DNA of 64,000 bases from Chiloscyllium plagiosum (Eukaryota): assembly GCF_004010195.1 (NCBI RefSeq), contig NC_057711.1, positions 81,655,238 through 81,719,237 of the forward strand. The letters are read 5' to 3'. Positions within the stretch are counted from its first letter, which is position 1. Each line of letters starts with the position of its first letter. The position numbers and the translations under genes are program-made. Under the pieces are notes generated by a model, which saw only the letters and a list, made by a program, of their open reading frames with translations, was not told the origin of the DNA and did not search any database. This document shows positions 24,985 through 37,691 of the stretch, in pieces.

Positions 24985-27040
24985 AGGATACACCCTAGAA
25001 TATTAAAGGAAGTAGCTGGAGACACAGTTGATGCGCTGGTAGCAATCTTCTAAGAATCCCTCGATTCTGGAAAAGTGCCAGACAATTGGAAAATTGCCAA
25101 TGTAACAGCTTTATTTAAAATGGGAAGGAGATAAAAAACACAACTATAGGGTTATTGGGAAAATGTTAAGAATCTATTATAAAAGGATATAAGAGGACAG
25201 TACTTAGGAATACATAATATGGTCAAGCAAAGTCATGCCGAATAAATTTACTGGAATTCGTTGCAAATGTAACAAGCAGGATAAAGGAGAAATAGTGCTC
25301 ATGTATATATTTAAATTTCCAGAAGGTTTTGATAAAGTACTGCATGTTAGGCCATGTAATATGATAAAACCCCATGATTTGGCTAACAAATAGAAGAGTT
25401 AGGATAAGAAGAAATTTATACGAAAGCAACCTGTAGCTAGTGGACTGCCGCATGAATCATTGCTGGGCCACATCATTTACAAAATACATGAATGACTTGG
25501 ATGAGGAATGTGAATGTACTTTGGGCAAGTTTGTGAATAACATGAAAATAGATAAGAAGTCAAGTACTGAGGAGAATACAATGAATCTGCAAAGGGGTAC
25601 AAAACAAGTGAAGCAAGTGGACAAAAACCTGGTTGGTGGAATGGAATGTGAGGAGATGTGAGGTTACACACTTTGGCTTGAAACAAAAGTGCACTGACTA
25701 TTACTTAAACGGAGAAAGCTATTCCATAAATCACAAAAACTAGCAAACAAGTTCAACTGATCATAGAGGAAGCAAAGGGGATGTTGACATTTATTTCAAA
25801 GGATATGAAGTATAAAAGTAGGAAAGTCTTGCTAAAACTATGCAAGGCATTAGTTAGGAGAAAGTGAGGACTGCAGATGATGGAGATCAGAGTTGAAGAG
25901 TGTAGTGCTTGAACAACACAGCTGGTCAGACAGCATTCGAGGAGCAGGAGAATTGATGTTTCAGGCATAAGCTCTTCATCAGAAATGAGGGGGTGGCCAA
26001 AGGGGGCTGAGAGATAAATGGGAGTGGCATGCAGCTGGGGGGAAAGTAGTTGGGTAGGGGTGAAGGTGATAGATTGGAGAGGAAGATGGACAAGTAGGAC
26101 AGTTCAAGAAGGTGGTGCCAAGTTGGGGGCTGGGGAAAGAAAAAGTCATGGAGGGCATGGGTGGTGTCCCCAACATATGTCCCCACCAACCTCCAGATAC
26201 ATTGCATCACCCTCCACCATTTCTGCCACCTACAAAAAGACCCCACCATCAGGGAGATATTTCCCTCCCTACCCCTATCTGAGTCCCAAGAGACCATTCC
26301 GTCCATGGCTCCCTTGTAGGTCCACACCTCCACCAACCCACCCTCCCCTCCCAGCATCATCTCCGCCACCAGAAGAACTGCAAAATCTGGTCCCACACCT
26401 CCCCCCTCACCTTCGTCTAAGGCATCAAAGGATCCTTCCACATCCGACAGAGATTTACCTGTACTTCCACACACGTCATCTACTGTGTCAGTTGCTCTTG
26501 ATGTGGTCCCCTCTACACTAGGGAGACAAAACTCCTACTTGTACAACATTTCAGGGAACATCTCTGGGACACATGTACTAAACAACCCCACCACCCTGAG
26601 GCCAAAGACTTTAACACCCCCCCACCCCAACTCTGCCAAGGACACGCAAGTCCTCGGCCTCCTCCACTGCCAAACTCTAGCCACCCAACGCCTAGTTAGC
26701 CACCCAAGACACTATATAGACCACACCTTGAACGGTATGAACAGTTTTGACCCTTTTACCCAAGGGAAAACGTATTGGTATTGGTGCTAGTGCATTGGGC
26801 TGATCCTTGCACCTCTATTCGTTAGGGTTTAGAAGAATGAGAGGCATTCTTACTGAAACATACAAGGTTCTTAAAGGACTTGACAGCGTAAATGCAGAAC
26901 CTAATTCCCATGTGGGAGAGTCTATAATGAGAGTCAAAAATCTCAGAGTAAGGGGTCACCTTTTTAAGACAGATGAGAAGGAATTTATTCTCTCAGATGG
27001 CAGTAAATCTGTGGAATTCTTTATCACAGAGGACTGTTAA
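24985..27040 (+). mobile_element. Degenerate CR1 LINE interrupted by a Penelope insertion
   Basis: Remnants WKIANVT, FTKYMNDLDEECECTLGKFVNNMK and RRMRGILTETYKVLKGLD...RVRGH. Confidence 0.85.
25857..26690. mobile_element. Penelope-like (Neptune-type) relic: inverted family-A terminus plus GIY-YIG coding fragment
   Basis: 25857-26150 is the family-A end in minus orientation. The plus strand from 26421 reads GIKGSFHIRQRFTCTSTHVIYCVSCS*CGPLYTRETK, a cysteine-containing GIY-YIG (VIY...YIGET type). This links family A to a coding PLE. Confidence 0.8.
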
Positions 27041-27428
27041 AAGTTCCTTCAGCAAGATGAGCATCATAAAAAGTGAAGGTTCATGTGAAAATGATTTCTT
27101 CGATTTCCATATGTGAGGTCTTCAATAGTGTGTGGAGGAATGGCTGACTGAAACATCTGGATTTCTATGTGAGAACTTTGCAAGTGTCAATGCCAGAAGT
27201 TGTTGTCCATTTCAAAGAATAATGATGCAAACATAGACAGTTTTGTTTTTATTACATCTGCAAAGTCTGAGCAATTTCTTTCAAAAGAATTACCTTAAGT
27301 AGATGGAGGGACCCTGACCATTAAGACACTTAATTAGCATTAAATGAAATAGATAGAAACCCAAAAGTAGAACTGCCTCAAATTTGACATTAACTCAATT
27401 CCTCCACACTATCAGAACAAATATACGT

Positions 27429-27745
27429 TTAGATTAGATTCCCTACAGTGTGGAAACAGGCCCTTCGGCCCAACAAGTCCACACCGACCCTCCGAAGAGT
27501 AACCCACCCAGACCCATTTCCCTTTGATTAATGCACCTACCACTATGGGCAATTTAGCATGGCCAATCCACCTGACCTGCACATCTTTGGACTGTGGGAG
27601 GAAACCGGAGCACCCGGAGGAAACCCACGCAGACACGGGGAGAATGTGCAAACTCCACACAGACAGTCACCCGAGGCTGGAATTGAACCTGGGACCCTGG
27701 TACTGTGAGGCTGCAGTGCAAACCACTAAGCCACCATGCCGCCCC
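27429..27745 (-). mobile_element. HE1 (V-SINE) full-length
   Basis: Reverse complement of the HE1 copies at 13584 and 51207; TTAGATTAGA tail. Confidence 0.92.
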
Positions 27746-28499
27746 TATTATCCAAAATTCTGAAGATTTCTGAAATGCAAAGAGCAATAAATCTATTCAA
27801 TAAAAGGTGGTCATTAACAAAATATTCGGAACAATTTATCCACAATGGTTGAGGCAACAATAGGTTGCAGTACTGACATTCACACATTGCCATGCTTCTG
27901 GCAGACTGCCTAGCAACACGGAAAGGTGTATCTATCAAAGGAGCAACACGTCTAAGTGCCAATGATCATTATTTCATGTTCTGAAATCATCTTAATATAA
28001 AATTGTGTTTCCCGTTCTTAAATACTGTATAACATTCTTGTACCACATTAGCAAAACCCTAACACTAATCCTAACGCATTCTTTCTCTGAAAAAGTCTGA
28101 AGTATCAGCCATATCCATCTCAACTTAATGTTAAATCCTACATTCATTTTATCATAGGTGATTGATGGCACTGACTGCTTATCCCTGTAAACACAAGGGG
28201 GCATCAGAGACAGCTTTTGCTCATAGTTGAATGAAGAATTTCCATGATCTGCCACAGACCAGTCAAACAGCAAAAAACAATGAGATGTTAAAAAGCCTTA
28301 TTTTAAGTTTTACAAAATGTTGGTTATTTTTTACAGTGAGTAGTTTACTACAGATTTTTCTTTCTGACGTCAGTTTGGAAGCAACTCTAAACCTGATTAT
28401 TTCAATGAAAATACAGAATAGCAGGTGTGAACTAAATCCAAATCAATTGAATTTTCCCAGCCCCTGAATGATGGGAGCAATTGAGTTGAGAAAATATGA

Positions 28500-28589
28500 A
28501 AAAGGGCTAATGCCCGAAACGTCGATTCTCCTGTTCCCTAGATGCTGCCTGACCTGCTGTGCTTCTCCAGCAACACATTTCCATCTCAT
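28500..28589 (+). mobile_element. Solo tail-less family-A Penelope derivative
   Basis: AAGGGCTAATGCCCGAAACGTCGATTCTCC...; 14-bp TSD TTGAGAAAATATGA at 28486-28499 and 28590-28603. Confidence 0.85.
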
Positions 28590-29141
28590 TTGAGAAAATA
28601 TGAGGAGATCAGAAAAATTAGGTTCTCAGCCTGGAGAAAAGAGTCTGATTTTCCATCCAGAGTTTGAACAGCAAGTTGAAAATCTCACTAGTGAGCAGCA
28701 GTAGGCATCTCATGAAAACCAAACTTACTTCAGTTAAATGCAATTTCAACTCTTCCACATGGCAGAGAGAAACTCAATGGCAATTGTCCTAACATGAAGA
28801 GCAGAGCAGGTACCTGGCGGCTCCTGCTCACCACTTGCTCCTCTCAGCCTCCATCTTGGCCAGCAATCCCGAACGTCACAAGTACACACCGAGCAGTGAT
28901 CAAACACAGTTCCTCAGTGATGGAGGTTGAAATCAAATGCGCACCAGGCTCACTACATCATCAAGGCTGATTTCGGACTAACTTGGAGTACAGTTCAACA
29001 CTTGGATGCAGCAATTTGGAGCGCACTGACACCTTACATTGCCAAATTGCTGCCAGGCTGCTATACACACATGGGCAGGCAATCATTTCATTCATCAGAA
29101 CAGGCTGCATCACTGGGCTCTTAGCTTACTCTCTTAGTGCT

Positions 29142-29441
29142 AAGTTAAAAATCACACGACTCCAGGTTACAGTCCAACAGGTTTAATCGGAAACACTAGC
29201 TTTCGGAGCGCCGCTCCTTCATCAGGTGGTTGTGAAGTACACAATTGTAAGACACAGAATTTATAGCAAAAGTTTACAGTGAGATGTAACTGAAATTATA
29301 CATTGTGTCCTCCACAACCACCTGATGAAGGAGCAGTGCTCCGAAAGCCTGTGCTTCCAATTAGACCTGTTGGACTATAACCTGGTGTTGTGTGATTTTT
29401 AACTTTGTAAACCCCAGTCCAACACCGGCACCTCCAAATTA
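29142..29441. mobile_element. Penelope-derived fold-back element (family C)
   Basis: About 100-bp inverted arms (29142-29243 and 29302-29405) plus ~35-nt tail; TSD TC(T/C)CTTAGTGCT at 29130-29141 and 29442-29453. Confidence 0.88.
29194..29228 (-). ncRNA. Minimal type I hammerhead ribozyme motif, intact
   Basis: CAC-CUGAUGA-A-GGAGC(GGC)GCUCC-GAAA-GC-UA-GUG: stem I CAC/GUG, perfect 5-bp stem II, palindromic AGCU, UH cleavage site. The mirror copy (29319-29353) has lost the U16.1. Confidence 0.75.
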
Positions 29442-30429
29442 TCCCTTAGTGCTCACATACTCTGCACCAACTTGGATGCTCATCACATCTCTGTGTACCC
29501 TTTTTGCACAATGTTGCCTCATTCAGAATTTACAGACTCTCATTAATTTTCTTGTCTTCTATTTGAGCACAGACATATGGCCAGACAGCTTGTCAGTTAA
29601 TAGCAGTGATTAGTCAAGTGATGGGAGGGGCAGGGTGGACATATTGCTTTATGGTACCATACTATATCAATGTCACTCCTGCAGCATATGCAAGCAGCCT
29701 ACACAGCAAACACACTGCACATGCTTCAATCAAATGGCCACGTTTTAAATCTAAGTGGAAGAGTCATGGCTGTCCCTCCAATTCAGTTACCGAGGTGGTC
29801 ACTGGCAATCCCAAAACAATGACAAGATGATATGCTACTTGGGCCTTAGTGAAAGAGTAAACAAGATCCAAATACAGTATGCACTAAGGATGTGGAGCCT
29901 ATGGTGATCGATTCTTGTATGTACGTAACAATGGCAGTTTATCAGACGAGTGATGATGTAAAATGGCAATACGGTTATGCATATGAACTTCTACTTGCAG
30001 TGAAGTGTCAACGATGCTAACTAGTGCCCTCAGATATAAACACAGTTTTGCCAAGTTGAAGATCTTCAGTAATAAAATGAGAAGTTTAACAGTTTTTTTT
30101 AGCAATGCTTAAACGTTTGGGTGAATGTTCATTGACTGTCATAAACCAGAATCTTACTCAAATTCTAGCTTTATTCCCTAGATTATTCCAACAGAAATAA
30201 TGGAATTGTCTTAATTGTAAAAATTACATGCAAGAGCAAGGTAAAAAAAAAAGCAAAAATTCTTCACACATCTAAAATGCAAGTTTTTGGTAATGTTGTC
30301 ACCTCCCAAATTTGTACCTACCTTTCTCAGAATTCCGCATTGAATCTCTCCAAAATCAAGTTTCCATGCATGCCAGAGTACTGAAATATTCTTAATCAAT
30401 GTCATATATGTGACTGTGACAAAGATAAA

Positions 30430-31440
30430 GTTTATCTCCTCATTCTTTTCCACCTCCACTTACCTTTTGACACACTAACCACACTATCCTTCTCAATGCC
30501 TCTGCGTGACTATTATCTAGTTCAGTGGGACTGCTTTCACTGATTCCATTCATGTCTATCTAATCCTAGCCAAATGCTTTCTCATCCTGCCAATGCAAGA
30601 TTATGCAACGTATTCCTCACAGCCCCCAAGAATCTATTCAAGAACACCGTTCTTGTTTCTCATCTACATGCTGCCCCTCAACAACACCATCTGTAAGCAA
30701 AGAATTAATTTTCACATGTTAGCCGCAGAATTCTATCTCATCTTTCTTCTCTTCATTCCTCCAATATTACTACATTGTCAGACTTCTCATCTTACATCCG
30801 CATTATACTACTCCAAACTCTGTTCCCTAGGTACCGACTTTATCTTTCTCCTAAGAACATTTGGAGATTAAATCAGTCACTGTGTCTGAAACCTTGGTGT
30901 GACATTTGACCCCAAGGTGAGGCAACTTCAACCTGTCTTAGCTCATCTGCCATTGAAACCCTCTTTGTTCAGCTTGATGTAACTACTGTGACAGACTCCT
31001 GGTTGGCCTGTCAAATTCTACCCTCTGAAAACTTAAAGTTATCGAAACTCTGTTGTATCTTAAATCACACCAGGTTCCTTTCATCCATCAAGCCTGTGCT
31101 TACTGACATACATTGGTACTCAGTCAAGCAACATCTTGATTTTGAAACTCTCATCCTTCTTGTCAAATCACACTATATCCCTCCCTGCCACTAACCTCCC
31201 CCAGATATCTGTCTAGGATATCTTCTCCTCTAATCCACATTTGAGCATTGCTGGTTTCAAGTGCTCCATCAACAATAGCAAAGCCTTCAGATACCTTGAC
31301 CCTAAGTCCTGGAATGTTCTCTCTATACCCCTCTACTTCTTTACCTTGCACTTTTAAGAAATTCTTCAAAGCTTACTTCTGACCAACCCTTAGGTCGTCT
31401 CATCTAATACCTCTTTGCTCTGTCATATTTTGTTTTAGAA
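30430..31440 (+). mobile_element. Old L2 LINE fragment
   Basis: LFLIYMLPLNNTICKQRINFHML (LFLIYMLPL...FHMYADD type) and IKPVLTDIHWYSVKQHLDFETLILLVK (L2 C-terminal motif). Confidence 0.75.
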
Positions 31441-32173
31441 CAGCACAATGATACACCTTGAGATGCTTTCTTGTCTATGAAAGACAGTATTCAGACTTTT
31501 GCTTACAAATAAAAAGTGTTCTGTATTGTGCCTTGAAGCAGTTCACACATTTATAAAACCAAAATCATTCAAAAAATCCATTTAATATATATTATTTAAC
31601 ATCAGATTACTGATCGAAGGGCTGTAATGGCAATTTCCAAGGGAGCAACATCTCAACTAAAGTTACATAGGAACACAGGAATGGAGTAGGCCATTCAGCC
31701 TATCAAGCCTGCCCCAACATTCATTATATTCATAACTGGTCGAACACCTCAATTATTTTTAACCTCTCTATCTCAATAATCCTGTCCACCACTGGTATTC
31801 AGAAATCCTTACCTTAAACATACTCAAATACTGAGGTTCAACAGTCCTCTTTGTAGAGTTTCAAAGGTTCACAACACACTAAGTAAAAATAATTCTCCTC
31901 TTTTTAAATTGTGTTCCCTGTTTCAAGACTATTCACTGCATCTAACCTGTCCATCCCTCTTCATATTTTCTAAGTTTCAATGAGATCACATCGCACTTTA
32001 TCCTTTAGAGATTCTTTGAATTCTTGATTCTTTGAATCTCTAGAGGATACAGAATCAGTTTGCCCAATCTCTTTTCAAAGGACAGTCCTGCCATCCCTGA
32101 AGCAAGTCAGGTGAACCTTTGCTGCATTTCCTCTATTGCAATAAAATCCTTCCTGAGATAACAAAACCAAGCA

Positions 32174-32866
32174 AGTTTAGAGAAGATTTGTAGCTCAGGT
32201 TGAGGTTTTGGATGTAGGTTTGCTCACTGAGCTGAAAGGTTCATTTCCAGACGTTTCATTACCTTACTAGGTAACATCTTCAGTGGATTTCACGCGAAGC
32301 AATGCTGAAACTTCCTGCTTTCTATTTATATGTTTGGGTTTCTTTGGGTTGGTGATGTAATTTCCTGTGGTGAAGTCACTTCCTGTTCCTTTTCACTGGG
32401 GGTGGTAGATGGGGTACAACACTAACAAACAATACATTGGACAAACAGGCAGAAAACTAGCCACCAGGATACATGAACACCAACTAGCCACAAAAAGACA
32501 GACCCTCTCACTAGCATCCTTACATACAGATGAGGAAGGACACCACTTTGACTGGGACAATACATCCATCCTAGTACAAGCCAAACAAAGACATGCATGA
32601 GAATTCCTAGAAACATGGCATTCCAAACAGAACTCTATCAACAAACACATCGAGTTAGACCCCATCTACCACCCCCTGTGAAAAGGAACAGGAAGTGACT
32701 TCACCACAGGAAATGACATCACCAACCCAAAGAAACCCAAACATATAAATAGAAAGCAAGAAGTTTCAGCATTGCTTCACATGAGGTCCACTGAAGATAT
32801 TACCTAGTAAGGTAATGAAACATCTGGAAATGGACCTTTCAGCTCAGCGAGCAAACCTACATCCAA
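32174..32866. mobile_element. Penelope-like (Poseidon-type, family B) insertion with inverted pLTR
   Basis: Arms 32208-32415 and 32659-32866, ~34-nt tail on the left. The loop encodes YIGQTGRKLATRIHEH...HHFDWDNTSIL...EFLETWHS (GIY-YIG). Imperfect TSD ACAA(A/G)ACCAA. Confidence 0.9.
32246..32287 (-). ncRNA. Minimal type I hammerhead ribozyme motif, intact
   Basis: UCCA-CUGAAGA-U-GUUACC-loop-GGUAAU-GAAA-CG-UC-UGGA: 4-bp stem I, GUC site, ACGU palindrome. The mirror copy (32787-32828) has CG to CA decay. Confidence 0.75.
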
Positions 32867-33531
32867 TACAAGACCAAAACTGCATACAGTACTCTGATCT
32901 AACCAAGCTCCTTAATAATTGATGTGAGACACACTACTGTTGTACTCAAAGTTTCTTGCAATAAGCCTGAAGAAGACCAGTTTATTTTCCTTCATCAGTT
33001 GCTGTAAGCTGTGACTTCTAATGAATACGTGTGACCAATTGTCCAATGCTTCCTGCAAGTGAGTGAAATACTTGAAAAAGGAAGATTGAGAAGAAACTGT
33101 AGCTAAGCTGAAATGATCATCTCAGCAAACCTGTGAACATGTACCTTTCCCAGTCTTTCCCTCTGCCTATTACACCTATGGTTTTTGAGTTTCTGGCTGC
33201 CTGTATATGTGTGTGTATGGAGGGAATGTTATAAGTGGGTTAGAATTTTAACCAGTAGAGTTATATATCAATGGTTCATAATTGCTCATCTTGAATGAGA
33301 ATCTAATTATTTGTAATAAATCATAATTGTTGTCAATACAGAAACAAGGTCCTTGCTTTCTGCCAACCTGGATCTTAAGGGTATATCAGGAAATTGTGTG
33401 TACTTTTGTTAAACCTTTAAATTTTATAATGAGTACAAGAAATATGGGGCTTTCCAATGTGTTATCCAGTGGGGTGGAACAATTATGAACAACTAGGACC
33501 CATATACTGATCCTTGTGGTACCCCACTAGA

Positions 33532-33711
33532 AGAAAGTGTGGACTGCAGATGCTGGAGATCAGAGCTGAAAAATGTGTTGCTGGAAATGCGCAGCAGATC
33601 AGGCAGCATCCAAGGAGCAGGAGAAGGGCTTATGCCTGACACGTCGATTCTCCTGCTCCTTGGATGCTGCCTGACCTGCTGCGCTTTTCTAGCAACACAT
33701 TTTTCAGCAGC
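33532..33711. mobile_element. Family-A fold-back element
   Basis: About 60-bp near-perfect inverted arms; TSD GGTAC(C/T)CCACTAGA at 33518-33531 and 33712-33725. Confidence 0.85.
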
Positions 33712-35297
33712 GGTACTCCACTAGACATAACTTGCCTATTATTTTAGATTCCCCAAAGAAAAAATTCCAAGAACCATTCAAACAATTATAAATCTCCTGG
33801 AATTGCAGATCTCATTCTTTTCGTCACTTTGGGTAGTTATAGTGAATGTAATTTTCTAATAAATTAGAAGTTCCCCTTCAGCTCTAGTAGGTAGTAACAT
33901 GATTACAGTTCACAGGCAATTTGAAAATCACTCTCCTGCCTAATCCTGTTCTGCAATCAAGCTAAACGATGTGCCAGGAGCACTAAATAGGAAAATGTAA
34001 CCTTAGTGCAATTTCTCAAATACGCCTAATGATTTTCTTTGTGTTAAACTCTTTAACATCTTTTGTGTTAGCTCATGCAATGTACAGTCTTTCTGACCCG
34101 TATGCTACTGTCATTTCACATCTAGAGTTACTCGAGGTTGGAGATCAGTCAGATCACTTTCAAATATAATTTCCTGTTTGGCAATAGTAAGGTTCTTTCC
34201 ATCAATATTTCTTTGCCTTGACACCAATTCATCAATATAACAGCTGGTGGGCACTTTCTTACTTGAAATTTATGATAATCTCCACAAAACAGAAGATCAT
34301 TCAACACAAACAAATGACCCCAATGCAGAGACTATGATCGTGGAGGGCAATTACCTGAGATTAATCAATCCTCAGATTTATCTATCCTTAAAGTGAAATA
34401 AGCTTGACGTAAATTGCCTCCAGCACAAAAACTGTCATAGAAGTAAACAGAATTCCTCAATGCACTCGTTGTATAATCAATATATAATGAAAGTATGCAA
34501 TGACTTCACAAAATGTGTGTAAATACAAATTGTAAGAACAGTTTTCAGAAGATACAATGTTAAAGCTCACATGACAGTGATCTTGGAACTATATAATCCT
34601 TTAGTAAATTCACAGCATTCAGAAATATGACACCATGATGAATGGGTGATCTGTAAGATCATGTTGTTAAAACGTATCATTACTTAATTTTGTACTGTAG
34701 AACTTCTACCCATTTTCAACAGGTTTGCAAGTAATTTCTTTCAACAAAGTCTGACATTTTCAAACACTAAAGGAGGAACCCTAACATTTTTTGGCAAAGT
34801 GCAAGTCACATCTATTTCTATGGAGTGATTTTCATTGTGAGGTCGAGTGATTTTTCTTACATTATCTTTCCAAACTCAATGTTTAATTATCTTCGAGGCC
34901 TTGCAGCAAGAATCGTATCCTATCTCCACCCCATTTTGCCATGCATATTTCATAGAAGAATTTGCCACTAAGAGGTCCTCCCTAAGACCAGCAACCCTTG
35001 GGGCCACACCACCTTTCAAAGGCTACTACACACCAACAGGAATGCTGCTCTCTGTAAGTTGTGCTGCTTGGCTTTGTTAGGCATCAGGAGAGACAACCGA
35101 GATAGGATAAACTGGCACCATGTTTCTTGGAGAGGGACCTTGGAGAGGTTCTTGTGAACCAGGTAGTGGAGAGGAGTCAGCAGAGTAAATCACACCATGG
35201 TTAGTCTGACCAGATATTGCCACTGAATTAGTGCCATCTTTAGGGTGAGGAAGACTGGACTCGTGTGCAGGAAGGTGGTCAATAATTGTCTTATTGT

Positions 35298-35496
35298 CAC
35301 CTCGGGTGACTGTCTGTGTGGAGTTTGCATATTCTGCGTGGGTTTCTTCCGGGTGCTCCGGTTTCCTCCCACAATCCAAAAGGTGTGCAGGTTAGGTGAA
35401 CTGGCCATACTAAATTGCCCATGGTGTTAGGTGCATTAGTCAGGGATAAATATAGGGTACGGGAATGGGTCTGGATGGGTTACTCTTCGGAGGATC
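35298..35496 (+). mobile_element. HE1 SINE, partial (cut by the gap)
   Basis: V-core GACTGTCTGTGTGGAGTTTGCA...CCGGGTGCTCCGGTTTCCTCCCAC. Confidence 0.85.
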
Positions 35497-35996
35497 NNNN
35501 NNNNNNNNNNNNNNNNNNNNNNNNNNNNNNNNNNNNNNNNNNNNNNNNNNNNNNNNNNNNNNNNNNNNNNNNNNNNNNNNNNNNNNNNNNNNNNNNNNNN
35601 NNNNNNNNNNNNNNNNNNNNNNNNNNNNNNNNNNNNNNNNNNNNNNNNNNNNNNNNNNNNNNNNNNNNNNNNNNNNNNNNNNNNNNNNNNNNNNNNNNNN
35701 NNNNNNNNNNNNNNNNNNNNNNNNNNNNNNNNNNNNNNNNNNNNNNNNNNNNNNNNNNNNNNNNNNNNNNNNNNNNNNNNNNNNNNNNNNNNNNNNNNNN
35801 NNNNNNNNNNNNNNNNNNNNNNNNNNNNNNNNNNNNNNNNNNNNNNNNNNNNNNNNNNNNNNNNNNNNNNNNNNNNNNNNNNNNNNNNNNNNNNNNNNNN
35901 NNNNNNNNNNNNNNNNNNNNNNNNNNNNNNNNNNNNNNNNNNNNNNNNNNNNNNNNNNNNNNNNNNNNNNNNNNNNNNNNNNNNNNNNNNNNNNNN
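35497..35996. other. Assembly gap (500 N)
   Basis: Exactly 500 N; truncates an HE1 SINE on the left. Confidence 0.99.
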
Positions 35997-36553
35997 GATA
36001 GATTCTTTTATCAGTTAGAGGTATCTAATTTTTTTTTGAGATCTGTTGTGCTCAGATGATCTGATGGACATGTATGCAAACCTACAAAATATTCTTCAGC
36101 ACTCCTACTTGTGTAAAACTTATCAGCAAAAGAGTATTAATAACTAATCTGGTTGGAAAATGAGTCAGAAAATTATCCTCCATTGCTTCATGAGTTTCTG
36201 TTTAAAATGGATCTATGGAATATATGTGAGAGTTTTGCTAAAATGCAGCAAAGAGCTTAATGAACAGTTAGGAGGTATGAACAGTTTTTCCATATGGACA
36301 CACATTAAAGAAAATATGTTGATTCATGTGTTAAGTTAGCAGTAAGAATGGAATACAAGAGTTGCCTGTGTTAGTAAACCATCACCGTACAGAGGTTTAA
36401 TTTACTTTTGATTCAATCACAGGATGTGTGTGTCGATAGCAAGGCCAGCTTTTCTTACCCATTCCAAATCATCTATGAGAAGACATTAGTAGCCCACCTT
36501 TTGAATTCAATTAGGTGGCTTGCTAAGCCATTTCAAGGGGTAGTTGACAATCA

Positions 36554-36679
36554 GGAGAAAGTGAGGACTGCAAATGCTGTAGATCAGAGTCAAGAGTGTG
36601 GTGCTGGAAAAACACAGCAGGTCAGGTCGCATCCAAGGAGCAGGAGAATCGATATTTCGGGCATAAGCCTTTCATCAGG
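36554..36679 (-). mobile_element. Solo family-A element nested in a minus-strand SINE (about 36410-37030)
   Basis: AGGAGAAAGTGAGGACTGCA...TTTCGGGCATAAGCCTTTCATCAGG; imperfect TSD TA(G/A)TTGA(C/T)AATCA. Confidence 0.8.
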
Positions 36680-37691
36680 TAATTGATAATCAATCATATT
36701 TCTGAGTCAAGCATGACAAATTGGTAAAACCGGGCATATACTAATGCTCCCTACAAATAGCACATTAAAGCAGAAGTCCCAGTGCACAATTGGCCCCTTT
36801 AAATCACAGGACATGCCCAAAATAATATAAAAGGGACTAAGCACTGAAATATATCACCTGCAATACAAAACAAATTCTAGACGTATTGGTAAAGACAGCA
36901 GGTTTCTTTCCCTAAGGGATTTTAACAATAATCTAGTAGTCCAATGACTATCATTATTGATATCAGTTTTTTTAACATTCTAGACTTATTAACTGAATTT
37001 AAATTTCCAGCTGCCATAGTGGGATTTGAACTAATTTATAATAACATAACTATCATGCTATTTATTCCCATCCTGGAAAAATGTGTGCTGAGATCATTTT
37101 CCATTAATATTACATCAGAATGGTAAGGCCAGCATAAGAAAATCACTGGTTTGTGCAGATAACATTGCCGAAGGTTGTGCTTCATCAAGGAAAGTTGAAG
37201 AAGTGTGTGTAATAAGGTTTAGGATCTGAAAGGAGGTTAATACTGGAGTGGGCTAATTAATTTGTGCTGTCCTGCAGTACACACTGTAAAACAAGTAATT
37301 CACATTGTTGTGCCATTGGCAGTGAAAGGAAGCTGTAGACCGTACAGGCCTTCCAACTGCCAACAGGGGGCATTACAAAATCAATGTGTTAACTAGAAAA
37401 CAAAAGTCCTCTTTTGCCACACACTCACCTGTGTATAAAATTCAACTGAAGCAGGAGAATACCATTATTGCATATCGAAAGTAACTGCCTGCCCTACACC
37501 ATCAAGATGATCAATCTTTCTTTGAACTATCTTGTCAGAGGACATCCATACCAGTTTATGGATGTTCCTGCACAAATCTGCCAGCCATAGTAAGAGTTCA
37601 ACAACCCACATGACAAAATGAAAATGTTCACATTTTGAAGGATTAACAAGAACTGTAGGTGACTATAAAGTGTAGAGAAGCTTCCTTTTCT

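Larger units (their letters stand above)
31665..32945 (-). mobile_element. CR1 LINE 3' portion hosting a Penelope insertion
   Basis: CATAGGAACACAGGAATGGAGTAGGCCATTCAGCC terminus; continues through GACCAAAACTGCATACAGTACTC after the insert. Confidence 0.7.

Noticed and set aside
32960..33480. Possible solo-LTR fragment inside the CR1 (AATAAA and terminal ...GAACA)
   Set aside because: No clear 5' TG end, TSD or second copy; not supportable.
35415..36059. Long ORFs of 214 and 178 aa
   Set aside because: Artefacts of translating through the N gap.
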